64,000 nucleotides of DNA from Prasinococcaceae sp. CCMP 1430 (Eukaryota; Plantae; Prasinodermophyta): NCBI GenBank assembly GCA_013416795.1, contig RQSC01001332.1:1-64000 (forward strand), in the 5' to 3' direction. The notes under the pieces are model-generated. The model saw only the letters and a program-made list of their open reading frames with translations, was not told the origin of the DNA and ran no database searches. Of the stretch, positions 22,015 to 34,115 are shown piece by piece. The first letter of the stretch is position 1. Each line of letters opens with the position of its first letter. The position numbers and the translations under genes are program-made.

Positions 22015-22528
22015 GCAGCGGAGCGAGGCCGCTGCGCGGGCCGCTGGGCAGGATGCCGCCCGACATCTACCTCCACCAGCCGGCTTGCGAGGCAGGCGAG
22101 TTGGTGCGCGGGAGTGGGGATGCGCGAAGGGGGTGGAGAGGCGCGTAGGGCTGGCAACGGGCGGCGCTGGTGCCCCTCAGCAGCGGTGCCCACAGCAGCG
22201 ACGCCGCGCCCGCAGCGGCGCTGACCTCGAGACCACCCGCCATCGGGCTCCCTCGTCCATCGGCCGCGGTAATTTTTTGGCGCATTTGTACACAACACGT
22301 CTCTCGGTGCGCCCTCGCCTAGCATCCCCTCACGCATCACCACGCACGCGGCCCTTGCGCGTCGCCCCCTGCGAGCGCCGCCTTGTGCCGTCGTCGCTGT
22401 CGCAGGCGCGCGCCGCGCGTCGACGCTGTGTCGTGCAAATGATGGCGCCCCTCCCGAGATTTACCTTGGCGCATCGAATGGTTCCGCGCGCGTGCCGCAC
22501 CTGCGGAGCGCGGAGGCTGCCCCGCGCC

Positions 22529-23424
22529 TCACAGCGACACTCGGCCCTCCATGACGTCCAACGCATAGATCTCGAACCTCTCCAGGTCAGCCTTGATCAC
22601 AGACTCAAGCACGGGCTTCACGAGCGGCTCCACGGCGGAGAGGCCGTCGGGCACCTTCGGTGCGAGCGCAGCGGTCGCCCGAGTCGAGCGACGCCGGTCA
22701 GCACGCAGGTTTGGCTGGCCGCCCCGGGGGCGCGCGGTGCGCCCACGCGCTCGGCGTCGCGCGGGGCGCCGGGCGCGGGGACGAAGCAGGTCGGTGGGTG
22801 GCCGATCGACCCGCACGCGCCGCTGCGCCGCGCGTGCGTACCTCATACGAGATGCTCATCTTGAGCACGCAGCCTTCACCGGCATCGTCCTCGTAGAAGC
22901 GCACGGCACCGCGGTTGGGGTAACCATCGATCGCCTGCGAGGCGCAAAGCGCCGCGAGGCCACGCCAAGGCGCGTCAGAGCGCGCTCAACGCGCACGTCG
23001 CGCGAGGCGCGCACCCTTCGCGCGGTCCTTGCGGCTCACTCACCTTCCAGTGGATCTTCTGCCCGGGCACGGCGGCGAGGTTCCTCGCCGTCCAGCTGTA
23101 CTGCAAACGCTGGCCCAGCTGGTCGAGCACTGCACGCATCGGGGTCGAGTCTGTCGAGAGCGTCCACTTGGAGTTGCGGTCGTCCGCCTCATCGACGACG
23201 ACGCTCGTGACCCACGGCATCCACTGGGGGATGAGCTCGCGGCGCGACCACAGGTCCCACGCGACGGCGAGCGGCACGCGCGTGCACCGCACGCTCACCT
23301 CCGACTCCAGCCACGTGGCTGCGTGCACGGTCGTGCGCCGCGCCAACGGACGTGGTCGCCGGTGCAACGGTGCGCTCCGAGCCACGCGCGCCGGGCCGCG
23401 CGCTACAGCGCTCGCAGCCACCAT
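22529..23424 (-). CDS. START/SRPBCC (polyketide cyclase/dehydrase-like) protein, probably plastid-targeted; 3 exons
   Basis: Transit-like N-terminus; AWDLWS...IPQWMPWVTSV...SKWTL...YSWTARNL...QKIHWK | AIDGYPNRGAVRF...SISYE | VPDGL...ADLERF. Splice sites and GCTGAC branch points are present. Confidence 0.85.
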
Positions 23425-23551
23425 TGCTGTCACTGCGCGGCGCAGCGCCGCGGCACGCGCAGCGCGGTTGCCGCCCGCGCGCCGTGTGGCACACCGGATT
23501 CGGTGGTTGGCGCGGCGCGAACGAGTGCGCCGGGCAGCCAGAGCGCGCGCG

Positions 23552-24295
23552 ATGGGCGCCGCCAATGGCGCCGGCGTCGAGGTGCTGGTGGACGACGCAG
23601 TGCGTGGGGCACGCTGCGAGTACCACGCGCACGCGCTCGACGCGCGCTCCGCCGACGGGCTGCTCGCGGAGCTGCTCGCGGCGCCCGTGGCCGGGGGCAC
23701 AGGCCGGGCTGGTGCGGGCGCCGCCAGCGGGCGCGTCGTTTGGCGCACGCACGTGGACGACTTCGGCCCGCAGGACCGGCTGACGGCGTACTGGGGCGAC
23801 GCTGGAACGGCCTTCTGGTTCGTTGGGCTGCGGCTGGAGCCTGAGGCGTGGCCACGCTCTCCACTCCTCGCAGCGGCGCGTGCCGCTGCGCAGCGCGCCG
23901 CCGGTGATGGCGTCGCACTCACAGCATGCCTCGCGAACCGCTACGACGCGGGTGAAGGTTTCATCGCGCCTCACGGCGACGAGGTGCGCGCCCACGGACC
24001 GGAGCCCGTCATTTGCACGCTGTCGCTGGGTGGCCCGCGTGAGATCGTGCTCATGGAGCGCGAGGGGTGTGAGGGCGCCGCCGGCGAGCGGCGCCAGGTG
24101 CGGCGGCGGCTCGAGCCCGGCTCGGTGCTCGTCATGCGCGGCCGCGCGATGCAGGACGAGTGGCGGCACGAGCTGCCGCTCGCATCGGGCGGCGCCGGTG
24201 CCAACCCGGTGCGCATCGCGCTCACGTTTCGCTCCATCGTGCCCGGGTACGAGGACAGCCTCGCCGCCACCAGAACCGCCGCCGGACACGCGTGA
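23552..24295 (+). CDS. AlkB-family 2OG-Fe(II) dioxygenase (ALKBH2/3-like)
   Basis: CLANRY, IAPHGDE (HxD), ICTLSLG, GSVLVM, WRHEL, RIALTFR. Confidence 0.88.
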   Translation: MGAANGAGVEVLVDDAVRGARCEYHAHALDARSADGLLAELLAAPVAGGTGRAGAGAASGRVVWRTHVDDFGPQDRLTAYWGDAGTAFWFVGLRLEPEAWPRSPLLAAARAAAQRAAGDGVALTACLANRYDAGEGFIAPHGDEVRAHGPEPVICTLSLGGPREIVLMEREGCEGAAGERRQVRRRLEPGSVLVMRGRAMQDEWRHELPLASGGAGANPVRIALTFRSIVPGYEDSLAATRTAAGHA

Positions 24296-24971
24296 TGAAG
24301 AGGCGGCAGCAGAGCACCCTGCGCCCCGCAGCGCCCCTTGTAGAGGTAGCTACTGTAGCCAGCTCTGGATAGCTATAGAGAGGTAGAGATGGACGCTCGC
24401 GTACATACGGTTGGTCCCGTTGTGACAGGAGGACCTCGTGCTCACAGAGCTCTGTCGGCGCCCCCCGTCTCACGGCACCGCTGGTGGGTACACGCACGCA
24501 CCCGGATGCACCCCCACGAGCTTGGTCAGACGTCCCACCTGCATGAGCAGACGCACTCGTGGCCTCGCTGCGTTGCGCGCGCCCGCCCCGACCCTCAGGG
24601 TCGCGGAGCCCGGCGCGCTCGCCTATCTCGGTCGGCGCGCTCTGCAGGTCCTCGCGCATGGGGGGCATCTCAGCTGTCGAGCGCGTCCCGGACGCGCCTG
24701 CGCCAGCATTGACAGCAACAACTCATGCGTGACGGAGGAGACGCAAATGTTGTTATCAATGTTCGGCATGGGACACATTTTCGCCAGAATATTCCTCGCA
24801 GCGCACATGTGTGCTCAACACCTGCGACGTGGCCCGGCGGGTGGTGGGGGGGTGCCACACCGGCGGCGGCGGGCGCAAGCAGAGGGGGCCTCGGCGCGCG
24901 CTGGCTGGTCCCGGCGACGGCGGTGGCAGCGGGTCGCGTCGCGGTGCAAGCGCGCACTGTGAAGCGCGATC

Positions 24972-26336
24972 ATGGCGGTGGCGAGCGCGCCTAGCGCGCC
25001 GCCGCCACCACCGCCCGGTGCAGTGCGCCTCGCGACGGTGAACGTGCGCTCCGTGTGCGACCGCTGGATGCAGCGCCGCCCGCTCCTGCGCGCGCGGCTC
25101 GCTGAGCTCGACGCGGATGTACTCGCCATGCAGGAGGTGCTCACTGGATCGTACGGCCAGGATCGGGCGCTGCTACAAGTGGGGGCCCACGACCTTCGCA
25201 CGCACGGGCAGGAAAGGTCGCGGGAAACGGCGAAGGCCGACAGTGGCGAAGTTGGTCGCGCGAAGAGTGAGAGCAGCGACCACGGCGAACTAGACGAGGT
25301 GCGCGCTCGAACTGCAGGCCGAGGCTCCGACTCGGTGACGGGGTATCAGACTGTGCTCGGATGCCGCGCGGCGCTGCATGCGCTCCGCGCCGAGAAGCGC
25401 TGGTACTGGGTGATAATTGCAGGACCCTACGGCCTGGTACAGCTCATTGGCTCCGCGGTCATGAGGCCGTTGCCCGCCGCCATCGAGATTCTGCGCGAGA
25501 GGCTCGCAGCAGGCAGCGGGCGAATGTGCGGTAGGCTTTTGGCCGAGCTCCTGCTCCCTCTGAGGCAGATCGTGTTTCTGCCGTGGTACGGCAACTCGAT
25601 CGCTGTGCGCGGCGCCGAGCTTGTGCCAGATGGTTCCTCATTGGAGCCACTTGCAAGTGCAGGCCAGCGAATCGCAGAGGACGGCGAGGTGGATGGGCCG
25701 GCCGTCGTGCGTCCAGTGGTCGGCACGCATGACTTGCTAAGCATAGGCCACATGCGCAGCGCGCACCGAGTGCTCTGCGTTGTGCCGGACGACCGAGTAG
25801 CGCGCACCGAAAAGCGCGCCCATGACCGGTCGCCGGGCGTCAGCAATGTCGCCGGGCGAGGAGTCGAGCGTCCGCAGCAGGACGCCTCGGCCTCGGCTGG
25901 TACGAGTCATCCCCGGCGCATGTGGGTGGTGAATTGCCACCTGCATCATGACAGCGATGCGCCAGAGGTGCGCGTGCGTCAGCTGCAGAGCGTACTGGAC
26001 TGGCTGGACGCCGCCGAGCACGAGCAGCCCTCCGACGCCACGGTGCTGATGGGTGACCTCAACGCCTCGCCTGACGAGCCTGCGCTCGCGCTGCTGCGCG
26101 ACGCGGGATTCTGGTCGGCGCATGCGGCCGCCAACAACGGCCACGAGCCGAAGGCTACATACCCATCTGGCATCGAGGCCCCGCTCACAGACCAGGACCC
26201 GCCCGCGACGATCGACTACATTTTCGTTCGCGGCGCGGCGCGCTGCGTCGGCGCGCATGTGGTACTTACGCGCCCTGACGACGACGACCCGACGCTGTTT
26301 GCTTCCGACCACTTCGGCATCATGGCAGGTGCGTGA
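24972..26336 (+). CDS. Endonuclease/exonuclease/phosphatase (EEP) superfamily protein; the 3' end may be spliced at about 26329
   Basis: LATVNV, DADVLAMQEV, VVNCHL, LMGDLNA, TIDYIFV, SDHFGI. Confidence 0.88.
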   Translation: MAVASAPSAPPPPPPGAVRLATVNVRSVCDRWMQRRPLLRARLAELDADVLAMQEVLTGSYGQDRALLQVGAHDLRTHGQERSRETAKADSGEVGRAKSESSDHGELDEVRARTAGRGSDSVTGYQTVLGCRAALHALRAEKRWYWVIIAGPYGLVQLIGSAVMRPLPAAIEILRERLAAGSGRMCGRLLAELLLPLRQIVFLPWYGNSIAVRGAELVPDGSSLEPLASAGQRIAEDGEVDGPAVVRPVVGTHDLLSIGHMRSAHRVLCVVPDDRVARTEKRAHDRSPGVSNVAGRGVERPQQDASASAGTSHPRRMWVVNCHLHHDSDAPEVRVRQLQSVLDWLDAAEHEQPSDATVLMGDLNASPDEPALALLRDAGFWSAHAAANNGHEPKATYPSGIEAPLTDQDPPATIDYIFVRGAARCVGAHVVLTRPDDDDPTLFASDHFGIMAGA

Positions 26337-26604
26337 GCGCGCGCGCGAACGTGTCTGACACGCACCCGTACGTAGCGGCGCTGTCGATGCTGACAGCGCG
26401 CGCCCTGCTGCAATTCTCGTCGGATGCGCCGTCGCAATACACAAGACATTGAGATGCGCACCCCAGATCTGTGATCTGCACATCCTTTGCTGCTGCGATG
26501 CGTGCGTGATGCAGTGAAGTGCTGGTATGAGAACAGATTACTGTACAACAATAGAGGCCAGCAACGCGCGCGCGCGCGCGCGCCTCTCAGCGGCCCGAGG
26601 CGGC

Positions 26605-28010
26605 TCAGCCCGCCAAGTCCCCTAGCATGTCGAGCACACCCGCGAACTGCTCGCGAGCCTCAGCCTTGGTCCGATCGCCTTCAACAGCGTCTGCGACGTC
26701 ATTACCGTCGCTCCCGCTATCAGAGCCGATGCCTCCCTTCCTATCGCTGCCATGAATGACGTCAGCGGCGCCATCAGAGCCGTCGGTTTCTCCTCCGGCG
26801 TGGACGGTGGGCAACGGTGGCGCATGCGACTGCTCCCGTGCCGCCGCCGGATGCGCGTCCCCTACTCTCCATGGTGGCGGAGGCAGGCCCTCGTCGGGGA
26901 CGTCGCCCAGGGCGCGTGGCTCCCACGAGTCGCAGAGGGTCCATGGGCCGTGTGACGTTGGCGGCTGCCGTTTGCGCTTCTTGCCTTTTGCACCACTCTG
27001 CGAGCGAGCGCGCGCAGCGGCGAGAAGACGCGCATGCGCCTGCTCGGCCGCTGCGAGCGCGTCGCCACTGTCGCCATCTCCGTTGCCTCCGCCCGCCTCA
27101 CCCGCAACGGTCTGAGCCGACCCTCCCGCGTCGAGTCGCTCCGCCGCTGCCGCCGCCGCCTCCAGAGCGTCCGCCTCGGCCTTCCGGTCGGCGTCAAAGT
27201 GCGCATCGGCCGCCGCGCGCAGCTGCGCAGCCCACCGCGAACTGCGCGCGCGGCCAGCGCCGATGGCCCCGCAGCGGCCTTCTAGCAACGCCTGTGCCCA
27301 CCACGCGAGCTCTGCGACATCCGACTGGGTGGATGCCTCGGCTGCGGCGACGGGGTCCGCGGCGAGCGCCACGGCCTCCTCGGCGAGGCAGGGAACAAGC
27401 TGCGGTCGTCGCACGGCCGCTGCACGCAACGCAGCGACGAGGCCCTCCGTCTCGCTACCTGAGGGTACTAGGCCGTCACGGGCAAGAAGCGCACGCGCGG
27501 CGAAACGCCCGTCCGCCCCGATGGCCTCGGCGAGCGCGCTCGCGTCCACGTCTGCACCCGCGTCCGCGTCTGCGCCGCGGTCGCCCGCAGCGGCGGCGGC
27601 CGCGCGCAGCTCGGAGCGCAGCTTGCTGCCGGCGGCGCGCAACGCCGCGAGCTGCTCACCCCAGTACCGCTCGGCGAGCCACACCATTGCCTGGCGCGCG
27701 GCATCCTCGAGCTGCGCCGTGCCAGGCAGCACGTTGTGCGTCGCCTCGTGGCGTACGTCCACGACAGCGCGCGGGAGCCCTGCGGCAGCCGCGAGCGCTG
27801 CGACGGGTTGCGCGTGCCGCCGCGTCTGCTGCGCGTCGGCGACGGCATTGGCGAGGCGCGCGAGCGCCATGGCGGTGGCGAGCCGCCACGAATGCGCGCT
27901 CGCCGCACTCGCGTGCCCGGTGGCGCGCTCCGTGAGTAGCGTGGCGAGCGCGGCCGTCGCCTCGGCGGCAGCGGGCACGCGGCCCCTTGCGCGCCACGCG
28001 GCGGCGATCA
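26605..28010 (-). CDS. LAS1: LAS1 pre-rRNA endonuclease; first roughly 40 aa missing
   Basis: AWRARGRVPAAAEATA; RLATAMALARLANAVAD; AGLPRAVVDVRHEATHNVLP (HEPN RxxxxH motif); WLAERYWGEQ. Confidence 0.88.
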
Positions 28011-28011
28011 C

Positions 28012-28116
28012 ATGTGGGCCGAGAGGCCCAAGAGGTTCGACGAGCTCGACGGCCGCATGCCCAGGCTCAAGCACGGCTGGAAGCTCGAGTCGAACCGCTT
28101 CCCGATGGTCCCCTAN
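28012..28116 (+). other. Orphan coding-like fragment ending at a probable stop (TAn)
   Basis: WAERPKRFDELDGRMPRLKHGWKLESNRFPMVP with typical codon usage, lying between truncated LAS1 and the n join. Confidence 0.4.
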
Positions 28117-29446
28117 GGCTTCGACGCGGTGGCGGCGTGCGCGGCGGATGACGCGTGGCTCGCTGCGCGCCACCCGTCGCTCGCGCCGCTCGTCGCGAGC
28201 GGCGCGCTGCACTGCGTGCGCCGGCCCGACACCGTGCCGGGAGCGGGCCCCGACGCCTACGTCGAGCGGCGCACCGATGGCTACGTCGAGCCGGAGCTCG
28301 TGGTCGTGCTCGGCTCCAGCCACCTCTCCGAGCGCAGCGCTGAGCACGCCGACGCCGTCGTGCGGGCTCTCGAACCGCAGAGCGTGGTCGTTGAGGTCTG
28401 CCGCTCGCGTGCGGCGCTGCTCGACGACGAGAGCGACGCTGGTGATCTCTCCATCTCGGGCCGCGACGGGGCAGTCGGCACCGCGGCGATGGCGGTCGCG
28501 CGGTCGCTGCGGCTCGGCGGCTCCGCGGCAATGCTCATGCGCGTGGCGATGGCGTCGAGTGCTGACGCGCTCGCCGAAGGCGCGGGTCAGCGCGCTGGGG
28601 GCGAGTTCCGCGCGGCCGCACGCGCGGCCGAAGCGGTTGGCGCGGAGGTCGTGCTGGGCGATAGGCCGCTGGAGATCACCCTGCAGCGCGCCTTCGCTGC
28701 GCTCTCGCCGCTCGACAGGCTTCGCTTCGCAGCCAAGATGGCGGGTGCGTTGCAGCAGGCGCGGTGGACGAGCCCATGTGCGCGCGCGCGCTAAGCCTGG
28801 TGCCCCGCCCGCGCGTGCTGACTCGCGCGCAAAACGCCACCGCGAGCGCAGCGTCTGCCGCCGAGGCCCGCCGCGCCGGCAGCGAGGCAGTGCGGGAGGC
28901 AATCGAGGCCGCGCGCACTGAGGACAGCGTTCTGGACGCCGCCGTTGCGGAGCTCCAGTCCTCCTTTCCGGCCATCCTGCGGCCCCTCGTGTGGGAGCGC
29001 GACGTGTACCTCGCGTGGTCGCTCAAGAGGAGCAAAGCAGTGTGCGGCACAAAGGCCGTGGTGGGCGTCGTGGGGAAGGGGCATCTGCGCGGCGTTGTGC
29101 ACGCGCTCAAGGCGGACCACGGGGACCTCAGATTCAAGGACCTGACCGGGGGTGCGGTAAGTGCACTGCGCAATCTCCTCTGCGGCGCCAGCGTGCGCAC
29201 GCGCTGCGTGTGCTGCTCGCCCACGCGCGCACGTGCGCATGGAATCGGCCGCGTGTGCAGTAGCGATGCTGACGACGTGGCCCATCTCGTCGCTAAATCG
29301 TGCGGGCGCCTCGCCTCTCGCAGCGCTCGCGGCTGAAGCCGCCGTCCAAGCGTGAGGTCGCGGCGCGGCTCGCCCGCGAAGCGGCGCTACTCGCAGGCTG
29401 CTACGCCCTGTGGGAGGCCCTGCGTCCCGTCCTGGCGATGGGCTGA
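28117..29446 (+). CDS. TraB-domain protein (plant plastid type); 5' end missing; 2 introns
   Basis: VVVLGSSHLS, VVVEVCRSR, GGEFRAAARAAE...VVLGDRPLEITLQRA, PLVWERDVYLAWSLKRSKAV, VVGVVGKGHLRGV. Last exon ends in a TM segment. TGTAA at 29456-29460. Confidence 0.9.
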
Positions 29447-29699
29447 TCGCGCACTTGTAAAGTACGCCCACCACATTTGGGGGGGATTCACCATGGCGAG
29501 CGGGCAGCGCTTTCACGCGCACACTGTGGGAGCAGCAGAAGGGCATTGCGCGAGTGAGGGCTCGTGCCACAGCCCACGGGTGCCACATACGAAGCGAGTT
29601 CTTATGACAGCATGTGAGGCGGGGCGGAGTATGATGATGAGTCGGAAGGCCGTGCGGCTACGCGCGGCTGCGTGTCGGTGGTGCCAGAGCGCTGGCTGC

Positions 29700-30487
29700 T
29701 CACTGAGCGAGGAGGAAGGCGCCTGCGGCGGTGACCACGGCCATGAGCACCTCGGGCACTGGTGCGTGCGAGCCAAGCGCGGGAGTCGCACGCGCGCACG
29801 GCATCTCAGCGTCAGCGGCCGACGAGGCGTGGGATTGCAAGGCCAGCGGCACGCGGGCGCCCACGGGCGCGCACGTAACGCACCATAGTGCATCGGATAC
29901 TTGATGGGGAGCTTCTCGCCGATGAGGTTGAACTTCGCGTTGTACGGGTAGAGCACCGCGATGGCCGCGGAGCACGCCGCGCAGATGGGGAGCGCGGCCT
30001 CGGTGTTCAGCTTCGACACGCAGTAGATCAGACCTGGAAAGGATGCTCGCGCGCGTCAGTGCATGCGAGCGCAGCGCTCGCAATAGTCGGAGACGCGCAC
30101 GTGCTCCCACACGTGCGCACGCTCACGCGCGCCGCATGCTGCAACCCCATGTGCTCGCGCGCGTCGCACCGAGCAGGGACACCGACTGGCCGCGGACCCA
30201 GAACGTCAGGAGCGGGGTCGCCGGCGCCTCGAAGTGGTCCGTGATCATCTTGGCGGGGACGGCGAGCATCTGCACACCGTAGATCCCGAAGATCCAGCTC
30301 CAGGCCTTGCAGTACAGCTGGAGCGGGGGCGCGGCGCGCACGGTCAGCTCCCGCGGCCCGCGCGGCGGCGGGCGCAACGCAAGCCAGGGTGCGCGCGGAC
30401 GCCGGGGAGGGGGGCAGGGTGGGTGGGTGGGGAGGAGGAGGACGGGCTGGCGCCGCGCGCGCGCACCTCGGGCGTCAGGAACGACAT
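29700..30487 (-). CDS. Small (about 125 aa) multi-pass membrane protein of unknown function; 4 exons
   Basis: Clean spliced model: MSFLTPE|LYCKAWSWIFGIYGVQMLAVPAKMITDHF...FWVRGQSVSLLG|LIYCVSK...YPYNAKF...KYPMHY|VPEVLMAVVTAAGAFLLAQ. All junction phases are consistent. Confidence 0.8.
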
Positions 30488-31001
30488 GGCTCCTCGGCGA
30501 TCGGGTTGGGGGCGGGGTTAGCGATCGTCGGTGTAGGCTGAGTGGCGCGCGCCCCCGCGCGTCCGCGGGTCTGCGCGCGCGCGCCACGCGGGCGCTCGGG
30601 GGAACCCAAGGTTCCAAATACGCACAGATACCCTCTAAAAATTCAAAGTAAGGAATCCATCCCCGATATTTTTAGTATATTTATAATTTACATCAGCCGG
30701 GAGGTCAGCGTGGATTCCAAATCTTCGAGGGGTCAAAGCAGGGCGGGTTCCCGCTCCGTTCCCCCGCGCGCGCGCATTTCGAGCGCGCGCGCGCGCCTGC
30801 AGCGGGGCACGTGGCACGTGGGAGGCCCCCAGGGCGAGGCCAGCGGGCCGTGGCCCCGCAGGCGCGAGGGGGCCGGGGAGGTGGCCCGCGTCCCCCTCCT
30901 CCTCTCTGCCTCTCCCTCCCTCCCTCCCTCTCTCTCGCGCGCGCTCTCTCGCGCGCGGCTGTGGGCGCGGGCGCGCGCGCGGTCTCGGCGCGGGCGCCGC
31001 N

Positions 31002-31253
31002 ATAGAAGCCGTTGATGAAACCCTCTTTGCTGGCGATGGTCACCAGAGCGTTGCCCATGCTGCTGTACGTGTTGCCCGCCATCTGCATCCTCCTCCGCAC
31101 CGTATCGAGGGGATAGCACACCGTAGTGGCCACCGTCCCCGCCGCCGCCGCCGCCGCCGCCGCCACGCGCGCGCCATGCGTGCGCCTCGAGATTCTCGCC
31201 GAGCGCGGCGCGCGGGCGCGGCCGCGCGCAGAGGGCGCGGCCGCAGCTCTCAT
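31002..31253 (-). CDS. Fragment of a mitochondrial-carrier-family protein (thylakoid ADP/ATP carrier-like); internally deleted and cut at n 31001
   Basis: Transit-like MRAAAAPSARG... runs through a (GCG)n tract straight into AGTVATTVCYPLDTVRRRMQMAG...KEGFINGFY, which carries the Px[DE]xx[KR]xR signature and resembles the third repeat. Confidence 0.7.
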
Positions 31254-31692
31254 CCGTGCGTCAGTCGGTCGGGGAACCGCGGCGCGCTCGGTCGGCCGGG
31301 GGAAACCCGCCGGCGGGGGGGGAGCAAAATTCGGAATCCCAATCGTATCGTCGGTGCATTGTGTTTGTCGCGACACCGCTGTGCACGTCGGAATTTAATA
31401 ACAGAAATCTGCCAACGGCCGCACCGACCGACCGACGGTGCAACGGCAACGACGGGGACACGTCAGGGGGAACACGCCAGCCAATTTCAGCGCCGCGTCC
31501 CGCGTTGGAGTATGGCTGGCGTCAACCTTTCCAGAAAATTGGGGGAGCAGTCATGTTTTTTGTGTGGGGGGGGGGCGGCAGCGGGGCTCGGACCGCTCGA
31601 TGCGGGGCGCCGCGGCGCGCCAACGGGGGAACAGTCGCCGTGGATGGCGTGCGCGCATACGTTGCGTGTGTGCGTGTGCGTGCATGTGCGCG

Positions 31693-32100
31693 TGATGGAC
31701 GACGTGCAGGGCGCCGTTTGCGGGGTCAGCACCTCCGACGGGGTGATGCGCGCGGCGCTGCGCTCCGTGCGACGCTGCTGCGAGACGCTCGAGGCGCTGC
31801 GCGAGGCGCCCGTCGAGGCGCTGTGCGAGGCGCTGCGCTTCGAGTAAGCCAGGGCAAACTCGACCTCGACCTCGCGTCGGTCTTGTCCATGCTAAAAGGG
31901 GCGCTGTGCCGTCGACGTGGCGGCGCCACCGCGTCCAGCCTTCGCTCGGAGTTGGGGACCCCCAACTGGGCCCCGAGCGCCAGACGGGCTCCACGCGCGA
32001 GCGGATCGCCGCGCTGAAGCACGAGGGGCGCAGGCCTCGCGCGCCGCAGGCGGATGCTGGCCGACGCGCCGCGGAAGCGCTCGAGCTGCAGCGGCGGCGA
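31693..32100 (+). CDS. Possible hypothetical gene; structure unresolved
   Basis: MDDVQGAVCG...LEALREAPVEALCEALRF followed by a GTAAGC donor-like site. Downstream exon not determined. Confidence 0.25.
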
Positions 32101-34115
32101 TAGCACGAGCAGCTGGCCATTGCATCGCTCCGGCCCTCCGAGGGCGTGCATGGGTGCTTTACCAATCGGCGGGCCTCGACGGCCGGCCGCGAGGCGCCGC
32201 CGCGGAAAGGAGTGCTGTCTGTACTGCACATGCTCGCTCACGCGATCGAGCGCCAGCCGGCGTCCATCTCCGCGCTCGCGCTGCCCGCGGGACGCGAGGG
32301 CGCGAGCTCGCGAGAGCGTGGAGCGCTACTCCCCGCGTCGTGCCGCGAGTCGCATCGAGCCGTCGAGCTGCGTGTTAAAGGGTCGATGATCCATCCGCGC
32401 ACGCCCTCGACGGCGCGCCTGACACCTGACACCCGCGCTCCGCTCGCCAACTTCCGTCCGAGTCCCTCCAGGGCGCGGGGCACCGCGTGCGCGCCAGGAG
32501 CGCGCGCCTCGGCCGCCGAGTCGGCGCCCAGCGTGGGCTGCCGGGTATCGGGCCGCCCCGCACTGTTGCCATCCCACCCACCTCTCGAAACCGTCTCGAT
32601 CGCCCTCTTCCTTTTTCCGTTTCAATGGCTTGCTTGAACGTGCTCTCTCGGAGAGTGCGGCGCGCGAATCAATGGCACTCACTGGTCGCACAGCCGCAAA
32701 TCGACGCCCATCATTTCTGCGCCTCGAAACACGTCGCTAAAAAAACGAAGATGGGCGCGGTCGGTTCCGACCCTGGGCGCAAACCCACCGGGGGGCGCCA
32801 GTTCGCGGCCACGATCAGCGCGCCCGCGCAGAAAATACAGTGAGACACATCCGCAGCGCAAAAAAAAGATAAAAAAGTTGGGCGGATCCCTCGCAGATCC
32901 GCGTTCCGTCCCGTCGGTGGTCCCACTTCGCCGCCAACGGTCCCACAGCGCCCCCCCGGCACCCCATCTTGGGGCCCGCGGCGCCTCCGCGCGCGTGTCC
33001 ACGCGGCCACCCAACAGTCTCCGGCGCGCGCCGGCCGTCGGTTTCGCGCAACCCGCGCGGCGCGCGCGCCGGCGGCAATCTCTGCCGGGCCTCAGACGCG
33101 CCGCAGCGTGCGCGTGCTGTTACGTTTGGCGAGGCGGGCGCGCAGGCCCGCGCATGCACGCGCACATGGCACATGCGCGCACACGCGCCGTGCGCCCGCA
33201 CACAGAGGCACACACACACACGCACACACACGCATGCACACGCACACAGTCACACACACACAGTCACACACACACAACACAGCACACACACGCACGCAGC
33301 AGTGGAGGCAGGTGCGCACGCGCGCGCGCGCCGCACACACAGCGCGCGCGCGCAGATCGCCCCTGCTCCTCTGTCACGCGGCGCTTCCGCTCCGGCGCGC
33401 CGCGCCTTTTTTTTTTTTTCCTGCCGGAGCCGATCGGAGGCGGAACCGGAACCGAACCGAACCCGAGCCGCCGCGGAGCTGTGGCCGGCCGGGGGGCGCC
33501 CGCCCGCGCCCGCGGCTCCGCGCTCCCCCGGATCGGATCCGTTCCCTGGTCTGGCGCGCCGCGCGCGCGCGCGCGCCCGCGTTCCGACCGACGCCCGCCC
33601 ACCCCCACCCCAACCCCAACCCCAGAGCTTCCATCCCACGTACCGGTACCAGGTACCTAGGTACCATCGCTCTGTTACAAAAAAATAGTACTACTGTAGA
33701 CTACTGTACAGTAACGACTCGTTCGTTTTGATAAGCAAATAGGGTCTGACCCCAATGTCGCGTACATTCGTCTGCGATACGTCACTTCGAATCTGTTTGG
33801 GTTAGGGTTACGCCGCCGCGACCGGCCGCGGCCGCGGCCGAAAAGCCGAGTCGCCGACCGCGCAACCGACTCTGCGGCGACGCGATCGATCCGATCGCCC
33901 GCCGGTTAAAAAAAAAAAAAAAGACCGGCGACGCGCGGGTGCGCGCGCGCACGCGGCNNNNNNNNNNNNNNNNNGGGGGTGCTTCGTTCTTGGTGCGCGG
34001 CGCGAGGGGACGCTGACGCGCCGCGCGCCCACGCACGCCCCGCTCGCGGCCGGCGGTGGCAGTCGGCAGCGCGCCGCGCGGGGCCTCGCCGCCGCTCAGG
34101 CGAGGGAGGGGGTTG

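Noticed and set aside
24400-24960. Possible small minus-strand gene between ALKBH and EEP
   Set aside because: Splice-like sites exist, but I found no coherent, recognisable frame.
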